NCBI RefSeq assembly: GCF_021869535.1
Contig: NW_026262701.1
Location: 48,918,001-48,982,000, forward strand
Length of the DNA stretch: 64,000 nt
Reading direction: 5' to 3'
Origin: Mytilus californianus
Lineage: Eukaryota
Positions 13,599 through 26,998 of this stretch are shown in pieces. Position 1 is the stretch's first letter. Each line of letters begins with the position of its first letter. The notes beneath the pieces were generated by a model. It saw only the letters and a program-made list of their open reading frames with translations. It was not told the origin of the DNA and searched no databases. A program made the position numbers and the translations under genes.

Positions 13599-16500
13599 TT
13601 TTTTTAATGTTTTATTTATCTATTGTGTGTTTGCTGGCGTCACGAGTGTATCTCGTCAACTTAAATTAACATTTTCATCAACATTTGAACCTTTAACTGA
13701 CGAAAAAAAATCAGATTTTCATCCTCATTAAAGATGGTCACTATTCTGTTTAAGGCAGCGTTGATACATCGCATTGAGACGTAATGACTATTATAATCAA
13801 TTAAGCGTATTATTTTACTTTTCTATACATTTAAAAGAAACATTAAAAAAATAATCACCAAAAATAATCTTTTTGACGGCGCGTAGTCAAAAAATAACTG
13901 TTTGAAGAAAGTGAACGTAGGAAAAATTACTCCTTTTTCCAGCGGAGAAGTGTGCATAAGCAAAAATAATCGGCAATGTGCACGTAGTAAAATAACACTT
14001 TCAAATTTGGCGTGCATTTATTTGCACGTGACATTTAATTGCACGTGAAAGACATAACTAGTTATCGTCTGGTGAAAATGGCGGCGGCCACAAGATTTGG
14101 TTGTATTTCTGATTTAGAAAAATAAAAGACTCTATATAACTATTCATGTGAAATTATTATTTGTCTCATAATAAGATAGTACTTACGTGGTGAAAAAAAA
14201 TATTCCCTTCTTTTTTTTCCAAAAACTAGCTTTTGCGTATATCATGAATTAATTTTGTTTTAATTCAAAAAGAAAGAATGATAAAATATTAGAAAACTCT
14301 GCAATATTTATAATATTTCAAACGTCAAATTATAAAAGGTGAGAAAATAAAAGACAAGTACTTAACGAGTTTTAAGTATTTTACTTAACAAGTACTTGGT
14401 ATTGTTAAGAGCAGACACATGCAATTTCGATGTTGTTTTATTCTTGTAAATTGTTATTACAGGCGTGTTAATTACAATTAGGGAGTAAATTCTGTTATTT
14501 TCTTTTTGTCCATTATTCAATTTTATTTTTTTATTTTTTTTTTTTTTAAATCTCACATTGTTGAATTATTGAAAAAATAATTATATTAAATCTGTATAAA
14601 AATTATTATTGAAAAAATAATTATATTAAATCTGTATAAAACTAAATTTTCAATTACACAAAACTCATATAGTATTTTCAGAGGCTCTTTTGAATGAAAG
14701 TTGACATAGAAATGATGAGTGCGTGTGTTGGTGGGATGCAAGAAAAAAATGTTCAAGTCGACATGCTTAGAATTCTTGACAAAAATCAATGCAGTTATTC
14801 TAAAATATTAATAAAAAAGGGGGGAGAGTAGTTTAACAATTGTTGTGGGTGATGGGGAAATTTCCAAAATTCCGTGTTTTTTTCTAAAACTATTTGAAAA
14901 AAGATATGTTTAATTGATTATTTGAATGACAATGAAAGAATAAGCTTTATTTCTCTGAGACTTTATTACAAAAGTTACTATTCTCAGATTGCTACGACAT
15001 CTAGCGGCCTTTTATAAGACTGACAATATACAAATAAGAAGATGTGGTATTATTGCCAATGAAACAACTCTCCACCAGAGACCAAATGACGTAGAAATTA
15101 ACAACTATAGGTCACCGTACTGCCTTCAATAATGAGCAAAAGCCCATACGATATAGTAAGATACAAGACTACATTATAACTTTATGATCAAATAATACTT
15201 AAATGCCACACCATTTGAAAAAATACTGGATTTCTAGTATTTTCTTTTCGAAAATATATTTTGGAAAGAGAACAGTTGATACAGTTGTACTATAAAAAGC
15301 TATTCAAGGTGTCTTAAAGTTAAAGTTGAAGTCTTCCCTTTGAATGTTTTACGGACGATATCATGATTTGGTTTATGTAGAGTAGATCGTAACTTACACG
15401 TAATAAAGTGTCCTTTCATGTATTAGTCGAAGATGAAAATTGACAACCAAGTTTGACTGTTGCCCCTGTTCAACAAGATACACACATGTTCTATTATATC
15501 CCTAATGTCAGTCCAGATTTCCCTTCCAACAATCCGATCAATGCATCCACTATGCAGGATTTATTTGTCTATGTATAGTTTAATTGTATTCTCGTTCTGA
15601 TTATGGAAGAAATAGTTGCCACTGGACGTTAAGCATGAATAAAATCAACAATCAACTACTAAAATCTTCCCTTTTATATATAATGACAATAAAACAATTG
15701 TATAGAAAGCTTTTTTGGTTGACTTTTCCCCATTATCAAATCAACGGAGAAGTTTCGATTATTGTTTGCTTAATGTCCAGTGACAAAGACTTCATGCATA
15801 TTCAATTCACGGATAAAGACCCCAAGTAAATTAGAATACACCAAAGGGAAATAGAGCCCAGTGATAAATATGATGGGTTTTTTTTTATTATTATTGAATA
15901 CTGTACTATGAACATTATTAATTTTCATACCAAAAAAAATCCGAAACTAGTAACACAAATGTGTTGGAACTTTAAAAGACATTTTATAGATACTCATCGA
16001 AAAATTAACTATTTTGTTGTAAAGTTTAATTCCCAACTGACCCTATAATTGTCAACTTGTAGATTTAAGTCATATATATGGAGCAGACATTAAATATGAT
16101 GAGTTAATCGCTTTTCAACTGATTTTTATACTCGTTATTGGTTTTTGTATATTGTGCTGTTACCCCCACTGCTTCTGGTTAGGGGAGGGTTGCTATGCGG
16201 TATGGGTTTAATTTTGCTCTTTGTTGAAGGACGTACGGTGTCCTATCGTTGCGAACAATCTACGTCATTTGTTCTTTAGTGGAGAATTGTCTCAATGTCC
16301 AGCATACCATATCTTCTTATTTTCATATCAAATGTATATATGGTGTCGTTTATTTCAAGTCAATGGGATAGACAACAAATTTATTCACTTTACAATGAAT
16401 TATTCGATGAAATGACATCCTCATCATGTATTTAGTGGATCGTGTAGAATAAAGGTCAATGTCAGCTTCACTTAATTGTACTTGAAAAGATCCTCAATGA

Positions 16501-18557
16501 AGTGTTTCTCATAATAAGCATAAAAACACCGCTGCATGAAAAAGAGCACGCCCAGTATCGAAAAACATTTGATTGTTGAATAAGACGTTCTTCGAACGTT
16601 ACCAATATGTTGTCAATAATTATAAACGAGCATTTTGATGGTGTCTGTTTCAGAAAACTTTTTGTTTAAATCAGAATTTTATTTTTGCAAAGTATAATGT
16701 CTGCCTTGGAAAGAAAAGATATTAGTACTTGCGATTGCCATTTGTTTGTATGAAACAAAACTTAAATATTTTATCAATCTCTTCTTTCAAAGCCTAGAAT
16801 GAAGAATACTTATGTATGGGTACATAATTTAAATGTTTTCAAACTATTGGACGAGTACACTGAGGGACAATGTTACAAAATATCGCTAGTGCCTCAAAAT
16901 ACATTAATTAATACTGTATAACTAAGTAAACTGTTTTCTTTTCTCAAATACATTTCAGAGAAAAAAAAGAATCCAGGGTTTTTCAAATGATGTGGCATTT
17001 AAATATTATTCTGATCATATCATAGTTGTAATGTAGTCTGCTATAGCTCTCACGTCCCCACGGCCCCATCAAGTCCTAAGAAATACCGTCTGACGTCAGG
17101 GCTGTCTCGGACAAGCTGTAATAAAGTTGCAGATTAATGCCATTTCTTCTTTCATTGTCCCTCAAATGATCAATTAAGTATTTATTTAGAGAATTTCAGA
17201 AAAACACGGATTTTGGGAAATTCCTCCCTAACACACAAACCTTGTAAAATTTAGGGTATTATATTTAAATTTTTTTAAATCCCTCGGCAATAACACGCAA
17301 ACTCATCGTTTCCATTTAAAATAATTATGCTTTCAAAATAATTTTGTGTAAATAACGATATTGAATTATTTTTATAAAATAATTTTCACAAATGTTGAAA
17401 AAATAAACAAATTAAAATCACTTGAATAATGGGCAGAGAGTAGAAGAACTTACTCCCTAATTGTAATTAACACACATGTAGTAACAATTAACTTGACTAA
17501 AACAACATCGAAATTGCATGTGTCTGCTCTTAACAATACCAAGTACCTATTAAGTAAGAAACTTACAACTCGTTAAGTACTTGTCTTTTTTATTTTCTCA
17601 CCTTTTATAATTTGGCATTTGAAATATTATAAATATTGCAGAATTTTCTAATATTTCATCATTTGTTCTTAGAGGATTGAAATAGGAGAAATAAATTCAT
17701 ATGCGAAAAGAGCAAGTTTTTAAAAAAAAGACGGTAAATTTTATTCGTTATTATCAATTTTTCACAAAGTAAGTTTTATCATTAAATTTTCTTTTGAAAC
17801 CATTTTTCCTTTCATATTTTTCATGTCGGGGCCTTTTTAGCAGACTATACGGTATGGGATTTTCTCATTGTTGAAGACCGTACGGTTAACTAGTATTGCT
17901 AACATCCACTTCATTTGAACTTTGGTGAATAGTTGTCTCATTGGCAATCATTCTACATCTCCTTATCTTTATAATTATCGAACACGAAAAAGTATTGATA
18001 TAAATTTATGCATTTGAAAAAGGGCAAAATTTTATGAAAACTTCTAAAATAATTATATTAATCATAATTATGATTATTGTTATTTCTGTTGTTTTTTCCC
18101 ATTGTAATGTCTTTTCTCTTACATCCACTTTGTATAATGACATTTTTACATCTGCACAATTGTATGACATTACACATGTTTTTCTTCCTTCAACTTAAAT
18201 TCATCTTATATTCTTAGACTGATTGCAACTACCTCGTAAAGACAAAAGTTTTTAAGACTCGATGCAAATATCTAAGCTACAGAAACAAGTGTAATACTAT
18301 ACTCTTGTTACCTTGAAGTCAATGACTAATCTTAGGAAGATATTAATCTTAAAGTTAATGTTTAGTATTTTTTTTTTATTTCTTGAAATTTCTTTTTTAA
18401 AATAAAAGGTTTAAATGCTGACGAAAATGTCAATTATTACTGTTTATATGTGCATTTTTTTAAAATTAAGTCGAGGAGATTAACTAGAGTTGTTTCGGCT
18501 GTTATCAATGCCCGTTAAAGGTCAAATTGAATAATTAGTTAAATCAAATTAATGAAA

Positions 18558-20385
18558 GATTCAAGATTCTTTATTTCTCAAACACCATATAGCTACAATG
18601 ATACAAAGAAGTTCATCAAAAGTTATAACATAACATAAACACACATGACAAGATGAGAAGAAAAAATAAAATAAAACAAAATAACACAGTAGTGGCGAAG
18701 AGTGGTGATTAACCAGGAAGACTTGCTTGAAAAGTTATAACCCTGATAAATTTGCACAGCTTTTTTAACTTATTTTTTAATTTTAACTGAAATAGTTTTC
18801 CAAACTTGAGTATATTACTTCTGTGCAAGAAAAAAGTATCCAAATATTGCGCTCGAAAGTTTGTCAAAGAACTACACTGCAAAATGTAATGAAATTCATC
18901 CCCAATCTCGTTACAATGACATAAATCACAATATCTATAGTTACGTTCAATTTTATTCCATCTACCAGTTTCGATGGGTAACTTGTGGTTTCCCGTTCTA
19001 AATCTACAATATTTTATTATATCTTTATCACTTAAAATATTCAGATATTCTTCATATTCAAATTTTTGTTTAAACAATTTGTAGGCCAAACCTTTTGATG
19101 AATAGTCAATATCTGCTCTCCATTTCTGTTGAAACTGATCAAATAACCTTTGTTTTAAACTAATACCCAACCATTTAGGATTAAAATTTCCTTGTGACAA
19201 CCATATATTGCTGTATCCACATCTATCTAATGTATCTTTAACGTATTTCAACCAATCTGACCTAAATTAGTTGTCAGAATTCTTCAAGAACATGTATCTG
19301 TATAATATTTTAGCAATCCTGTTATCATTCCCAATTACCATTTTTGACCAAAAATTAACCATACGCAGCTGTATATATAAAGACATGGGATAAATACCAA
19401 GTTCACCATAAATCATAAAATTATGTGTCGACTTCTTAAGGTTTAGTAATAGCTTACAAAATTTTAAGTGCACTCTTTCTATAATATCAGTATTACTGAA
19501 ACCCAAAATCTCGCATCCATATAGTAGGATTGGCTTCACAATTTTGTCAAATAGATCATATTGAGATTTCACTGACAAGTTGTGCAACCTCCCCTTTTTC
19601 AATACTTCATACATTGCTATATTTGCTTTTCGAACTAAAATGTTCTTGGCACTCATAAAGCTACCTGTTCTTGAAAAATTCAACCCAAGGTATGTCAGAT
19701 CATTAACTATCTCCAATGCATTTCCATCATATATAAAATTAATATTTTTGGGTAATCTACCACTAGAAAAAATTATAATCTTAGATTTACTAGTGTTTAC
19801 TTTCAATTTCCAGGTTCTGCAATAATCATGGAATATGTCTAATTGCAACTGTAGATCAGATGCATTATCAGAAAATAACACTGTATCATCTGCGTACAAA
19901 TGTAAAAATGTATCTCAAAAGTAAAGGAAAGGAATTCATAACACAAAAAGTTTTAGGTAGATATCAAACTCATCCTCTATTTCATCAGTAATAAAATTTA
20001 AACCACATACATTTTTTTCTTCAATAAACTGCTGAAGATCGTTCAAATATAACGAAAATAAAAAAGGAGACATATTTTCACCCTGTCTTACACCAATATT
20101 GCATGTAAAGTATTCTGACATTTCACCTTTATATACAATGCGAGATTTAATACCAGTGTACATATTAAAAATTACGTTATACATTTTACCGTTAATATCA
20201 TTTATAAGTAATTTATGCCAGAGACCCTCTCTCCAAACAGTACCAAAGGCTTTAGCAAAATCAACGAATGCACAGAATAGTTTCTTTTTCTTATTTTTCA
20301 TGATACTAATAAGCATGTAAATAACAAATAAGTAATCTGTAGTTGAATAACCTTCTCTGAAACCAGCTTGATTTTGACATAATAA
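18558..20385 (-). mobile_element. 5'-truncated non-LTR retrotransposon (LINE) ORF2 remnant
   Basis: RT motifs NQAGFR, FVDFAKAF, GVRQGENMSPFLF and YADD; C-terminal CxxC..EFHYILQC zinc knuckle; 3' end AATAAA plus a GAATCTTGAATC tail. Broken by stop codons and a 39-nt insert. Confidence 0.93.
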
Positions 20386-21194
20386 ACAAAAATCATCAGA
20401 ATTTCAGCGACTGTAGATTTCGGAGATCCAATCATCAAACATAATATAAATAAAACAGATTATCTCAGATAACTGACTTTTATGATATTTGTAGATACAA
20501 ATTTCCAAACCCTATGGTTCTTATATTTAAAAGATTAACTTTAAAGACATTTTAAGGTAAAACATCTTGAAATGTACACCCTGCAGACGTCAATTATCCG
20601 ATTTACCGTTCGTTCACAATATTTTACAACATATTTTTTTGGTATCACACAAATATACTTGTATGCCATGGCATGGTGATTTTGTGTTATAAAAATTCCT
20701 TTCCTTTACTTTTGAGATACATTTATACATTTGTAAACGTATACGAGTATATGTATATGATGTCATCGCGAAGCGTAAACGACAATAAAATACCAAACTA
20801 ACGACAAAAGTAGCAAAAGGTAAATGGTTAATATCTCCTAATACTTATACTCTTATTGCAAACCAGCAGATTCGTCCTGAACATGCATGAAATATTTGTC
20901 ACTGTACGTTAAGCAACCAACAATCAATCAAACCAGCAGGTAGTCGTTGTCTTGCTGTAACATTTAGTTGTCGTATTTCGTTATTTTTAATGAAGTTATA
21001 TCCCTATTTTTCTCTTTTTCAATTGTTCCACATTTTGGGTTTTTTCAGTGCCATGTACACGTATGACATGTCTTGTGGTGTGGTTTATGCTCATTGAAGA
21101 AGGTGATACGATGACCTCCAAAGATTCACTTTCTCGTCTTTTTGTATGTTAAATACTGTGCATGTATTTTACTTGATTTTCGGTTGATGTATTA

Positions 21195-21649
21195 CGGAAG
21201 CCCATTTAGGACCTCCCAAAATGTTTTTTGGGAATTCGATATCACGAGTTAAAAACGTTATCACGAATTGTAGAATTGGTTATAACAGATTTAATTCGTA
21301 ATCACGGTTTTATGGAATTATTTATAATAGTTTTTGTAATTCGTAATAACGAATTAAAAACATGATATCACTGATTAAATTCGTTATCGCAAATGTAAAT
21401 GTGTGCCATTTGTTATCACAAATTTGTGATTACTAATTGAACTCGTTATCACAGATTTTTGTAATTCGTGATATAGGTTTAAAATCGTTATAACAACTTG
21501 TATTACTCGTGACAACGAATAAAATTCGTGATAACAAAATCCATAAATTCGTTATCACGAATTTGATCCGTTATCACAATTTGTGATATCGATTTAAATT
21601 CGTGATTTCGATCACAAATATATTTTTAGAGGTCCTAAATGGGTTTCTG
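21195..21649. mobile_element. MITE with TA target duplication and internal repeat array
   Basis: TIRs CGGAAGCCCATTTAGGACCTC / GAGGTCCTAAATGGGTTTCTG, flanked by TA on both sides. The interior is degenerate TCGTTATCACGAAT-like units in both orientations. Confidence 0.8.
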
Positions 21650-21902
21650 TAATGTAAACACGTTCAAAAAGATTGCTGACAAAAACACTCTCAAGAAAAA
21701 ATTAGGAGATACATTTGGTCTTCAATCTATTTCAAAAGATTGGCAAGAAAACTTTTATTTCACTATTACATCCGAATTTTCTATCGACTTTCTAATGATT
21801 GAATATGAACACGCACAATAATAAAATATGATATCATTTAATGTTATATACAATTGTTGCAAATAAATACTGATATAGCACTATGACATGTAATTAATTA
21901 TG

Positions 21903-22845
21903 TCAATAAAACAAACGACCGAAGGATGATTTCAGTCGTTTTTGGCCAGCATACCATGATTTTGATTTGGTCCGGAAATGACGCAAGTCATCTTTGTGAT
22001 CTTTGCTCAACATTGGAACGTAATCCATTGGAGTACATAATGTCTTATAACTTCCATAAAAATCTTTGTATCCTCCCTTTAGAATATAAAGTTCAGGAAA
22101 ATACAAGGAAGGATAATTGTCAGCATTTAATTCTCTGTCATGGTTACGAAGAAAGCGGCACATTTTTGGTCCTCTCTCAGAAGAAAACTCACAATGGAAA
22201 ATAATTATGTCACGCTTTCCATCTGAGCGGGATGTATTTGGATTTTTTAATAGTTCTAAAATATCGTCCTTGTTATGAATATTTTCAGCGCCTGGTGACC
22301 ACCTTCAAACTCATACGAGTATCTACTGTCAATTATACGAACGCTTCCAATTGTATCATCGTATTTACCGTTTAAAACATGATTCAATGTGGCTGGAGTT
22401 ATGTAACTTAGGTCATGGCAGTGCCCCTGAATGGTTGGTAAACAACATTCTCCCTTTCCATCTCCAGTGAGTACGGCGCCTTGAACTACGACGTCTTCTG
22501 TTTTAATGAAGTTGTGCTTGATGGCGTCAACGGACAAGTTTTTATTGGTACTGAGAATCTGTGCATCAAACGACAAAGATTTTTTCAGTAATAGTTTTTG
22601 AGATCTGATGTACCTTTTCTTGCTATAAGATACAGGGGTATCACAGTCAGTATTGTTGTCAAATTTGTCGGCTCTTTTTCTCTTTGAGCTAAAGTCTGAT
22701 TTAAACAAACTTAGTGTTGGTGAGTCGTCAAATTCAGAAAAGTCCATACCAAGTCCGGAATCTTCGTCGAACAAGCTTTTTATAAAGTCTGGAGTTTTGG
22801 GAATTTTACGACAGTTATCTCCGGTTGAACAATCCATCTCGGTTA
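21903..22845 (-). pseudogene. cdc25: Cdc25 copy 2, main exon, frameshifted
   Basis: Full-length homolog, but ATACG is replaced by C (net -4 nt) at ~22294 within EGGHIRGA. The downstream HCEFSSERGP and the C-terminus are intact but out of frame. Confidence 0.93.
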
Positions 22846-23614
22846 CTGAAATAAAGAAAAACAATGAAAATATTTTTTCTGCAAAGTTTTTGTTTATTTG
22901 TAGATTGCCTGGAAATCATTCAAATAATTGAATAATTATAAAAATTTAATGTTCGGAATATAAAAACATATTAGCACGAGATACAAATAGAATTACTAGA
23001 CATGTCGACCCTTTTCCTAATGATTCTAGCCGGGTACAAATAATGTTTCTATCCGATACTGTATATGATTATATCTTTTATATTTATATGGTAATACCTT
23101 ACTATACTGTAAATAATTTGTGTTTGGACGTAAAGTGGGTTTTTGCGCTCTCAAACTTTTATGATATTTTTGGTTTTCTATACTCGGTAAGTTTCGAGCG
23201 TTCATGATGAATGTTTGTCCGGAAACTCGAGTATAGCGCACGAAAGTTTTGATTTTTAAAAACAATGCCGCTGAACTTACGTTATTAACGTCAATAGTGT
23301 GTAAGCATCAAAAGCTTTAAAATTGAAAAAAAAACTACTATATTAACGCAATTTTCTTACCAGATTACAAAAGCAGTTTAAAATATAAGGAGATGTGATG
23401 TAAGTGCCAACGAGACAACTGACCGCCACAGTCCAGATGGCTTTGATGTAAGCAACTATTATACCAAACAGTTTTTGACAATGAGAAAAACCCATGCCGT
23501 ATAGTCTGCTCATGCATAATTGTATTATGGATCATACCCTTATTACATATAACTGAAATACATAAAATATTTTGAAAATAATTATTAATTTTTCATTAAT
23601 ACATGTATACTTAC

Positions 23615-23627
23615 TTTTTTCGAACAT
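23615..23627 (-). pseudogene. cdc25: Cdc25 copy 2, coding micro-exon
   Basis: ATGTTCGAAAAAA followed by GTAAGT; intron 22846-23614 ends in TTTATTTCAG. Confidence 0.75.
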
Positions 23628-26600
23628 TTTAATTGTGACCAGACAGTATTAGTATTGGCAGATGTCAGACAGAAAATGACCACTGTTGTAATCGCCAACT
23701 GTTTAATAAGCGGAAAATAATCATATTCTTCATCTCAATTACATCTAAACATTTGTATTACCCTTTATTAGATATAATTATGACTAATTATATTGTATAT
23801 TCCATTGTCATACAGGTAGATTTTTGTGATACAAAGAAATTATGTTGTAAAATATTGTAAACGAACGGTAAATACCTTAGTTAACGTCTGCAGAGTGTAC
23901 ATTTCCAGATGTTTCACTTTAAGATTGCATTAAAGTTAATCTTTTAAATATTAGAACCATAGGGTTAGGAAATTTATTTATTATACATGAAATATCATAA
24001 AAGATAGTTATCTGCAATAATCTGTTTCGTTTATAATATGTTTGATGATTGGATCTCCGAAATCTACAGACGATCTCATTAGGAGACGACCAGTTGATTT
24101 TTTAAAATTTTATTTTATCGATTTATTTATTTATTTTCGATTTAATTTTGTTTTGCTTTGTTTGTTTGTTTTTGCTTGTTTTTTGGTTGTTTGGTTTGTT
24201 GGTTGTTTTTTTATTTTTTTTTAAATTTTTATTTGTTTTAGGGGGGGGGGGGGGGGGGGTCAGGAGTATTTTGAAAACGATTATCTGGGCCTGGTCTGGT
24301 AGAGGCTGAAAATAAATAACATAACAAAACACAGGATGCAAATATTCTGCAACACAAAATGCAGGAAACAGTTGTGCACAAAAGTAAAAATAATTATTCG
24401 CGCGGCGAAGCTGCGGAAAAAATAAGCGTGCATAGCAACATATGAAAATAAACAGTCAATCAGCACAAAATCCTCCTGCTCCAACCACCATCCTCAGAAT
24501 ATTAAATGGTCGTCCCCCTTTTTTTAATGTTTTATTTATCTATTGTGTGTTTGCTGGCGTCACGAGTGTATCTCGTCAACTTAAATTAACATTTTCATCA
24601 ACATTTGAACCTTTAACTGATGAAAAAAAATCAGATTTTCATCCTCATTAAAGATGGTCACTATTCTGTTTAAGGCAGCGTTGATACATCGCATTGAGAC
24701 GTAATGACTATTATAATCAATTAAGCGTATTATTTTACTTTTCTATACATTTAAAAGAAATATTAAAAAAATAATCACCAAAAATAATCTTTTTGACGGC
24801 GCGTAGTCAAAAAATAACTGTTTGAAGAAAGTGAACGTAGGAAAAATTACTCCTTTTTCCAGCGGAAAAGTGTGCATAAGCAAAATAACCGGCAATGTGC
24901 ACGTAGTAAAATAACACTTTCAAATTTGGCGTGCATTTATTTGCACGTGACATTTATTTGCACGTGAAAGACATAACTAGTTATCGTCTGGTGAAAATGG
25001 CGGTGGCCACAAGATTTGGTTGTATTTCTGATTTAGAAAAATAAAAGACTCTATATAACTATTCATGTGAAATTATTATTTGTCTCATAATAAGATAGTA
25101 CTTACGTGGTAAAAAAAAATATTCCCTTCTTTTTTTTCCAAAAACTAGCTTTTTGCGTATATCATGAATTTATTTTGTTTTAATTCAAAGAGAAAGAATG
25201 ATAAAATATTAGAAAACTCTGCAATATTTATAATATTTCAAACGTCAAATTATAAAAGGTGAGAAAATAAAAGACAAGTACTTAACGAGTTTTAAGTATT
25301 TTACTTAACAAGTACTTGGTATTGTTAAGAGCAGACACATGCAATTTCGATGTTGTTTTATTCTTGTTAATTGTTATTACAAGCGTGTTAATTACAATTA
25401 GGGAGTAAGTTCTGTTATTTTCTTTTTGTCCATTATTCAATTTTAATTATTTTTTTTTTTTTTTTTAAATTTCACATTGTTGAATTATTGAAAAAATAAT
25501 TATATTAAATCTGTATAAAAAAAAATCTCCAATTACACAAAACTCATATAGTATTTTCAGAGGCTCTTTTGAATGAAAGTTGACATAGAAATGATGAGTG
25601 CGTGTGTTGGTGGGATGCAAGAAAAAAATGTTCAAGTCGACATGCTTAGAATTCTTGACAAAAATCAATGCAGTTATTCTAAAATATTAATAAAAAAGGG
25701 GGGAGAGTAGTTTAACAATTGTTGTTGGTGATGGGGAAATTTCCAAAATTCCGTGTTTTTTTCTAAAACTATTTGAAAAAAGATATGTTTAATTGATTAT
25801 TTGAATGACAATGAAAAAATAAGCTTTATTTCTCTGAGACTTTATTACAAAAGTTACTATTCTCAGATTGCTACGACATCTAGCGGCCTTTTATAAGACT
25901 GACAATATACAAATAAGAAGATGTGGTATTATTGCCAATGAAACAACTCTCCACCAGAGACCAAATGACGTAGAAATTAACAACTATAGGTCACCGTACT
26001 GCCTTCAATAATGAGCAAAAGCCCATACGATATAGTAAGATACAAGACTACATTACAACTTTATGATCAAATAATACTTAAATGCCACACCATTTGAAAA
26101 AATACTGGATTTCTAGTATTTTCTTTTCGAAAATATATTTGGGAAAGAGAACAGTTGATACAGTTGTACTATAAAAAGCTATTCAAGGTGTCTTAAAGTT
26201 AAAGTTGAAGTCTTCCCTTCGAATGTTTTACGGACGATATCATGATTTGGTTTATGTAGAGTAGATCGTAACTTACACGTAATAAAGTGTCCTTTCATGT
26301 ATTAGTCGAAGATGAAAATTGACAACCAAGTTTGACTGTTGCCCCTGTTCAACAAGATACACACATGTTCTATTATATCCCTAATGATGTCAGTCCAGAT
26401 TTCCCTTCCAACAATCCGATCAATGCATCCACTATGCAGGATTTATTTGTCTATGTATAGTTTAATTGTATTCTCGTTCTGATTATGGAAGAAATAGTTT
26501 CCACTGGACGTTAAGCATGAATAAAATCAACAATCAACTACTAAAATCTTCCCTTTTATGTAAAACAATTGTATAGAAAGCTTTTTTGGTTGACTTTTCC

Positions 26601-26998
26601 CCATTATCAAATCAACGGAGAAGTTTCGATTATTGTTTGCTTAAATGTCCAGTGACAAAGACTTCATGCATATTCAATTCACGGATAAAGACCCCAAGTA
26701 AATTAGAATACACCAAAGGGAAATAGAGCCCAGTGATAAATATGATGGTTTTTTTTTATTATTATTGAATACTGTACTATGAACATTATTAATTTTCATA
26801 CCAAAAAAAATCCGAAACTAGTAACACAAATGTGTTGGAACTTTAAAAGACATTTTATAGATACTCATCGAAAAATTAACTATTTTGTTGTAAAGTTTAA
26901 TTCCCAACTGACCCTATAATTGTCAACTTGTAGATTTAAGTCATATATATGGAGCAGACATTAAATATGATGAGTTAATCGCTTTTCAACTGATTTTT

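Larger units (their letters stand above)
11232..20671. repeat. Segmental duplication unit A (direct copy of 21962-30223)
   Basis: Colinear with unit B, with duplicated short ORFs in the track (e.g. 12111-12350 vs 23026-23265; 16221-16415 vs 27873-28067). About 98-99% identical up to ~16420 and about 90-95% after that, by eye. Confidence 0.95.

Noticed and set aside
13790-14200. Promoter-like cluster (CACGTG twice, AAAATGGCGGC, GGCGCG) upstream of copies 1 and 2
   Set aside because: Its layout resembles the non-autonomous foldback elements and I did not find it upstream of the intact copy; no evidence that it regulates Cdc25.
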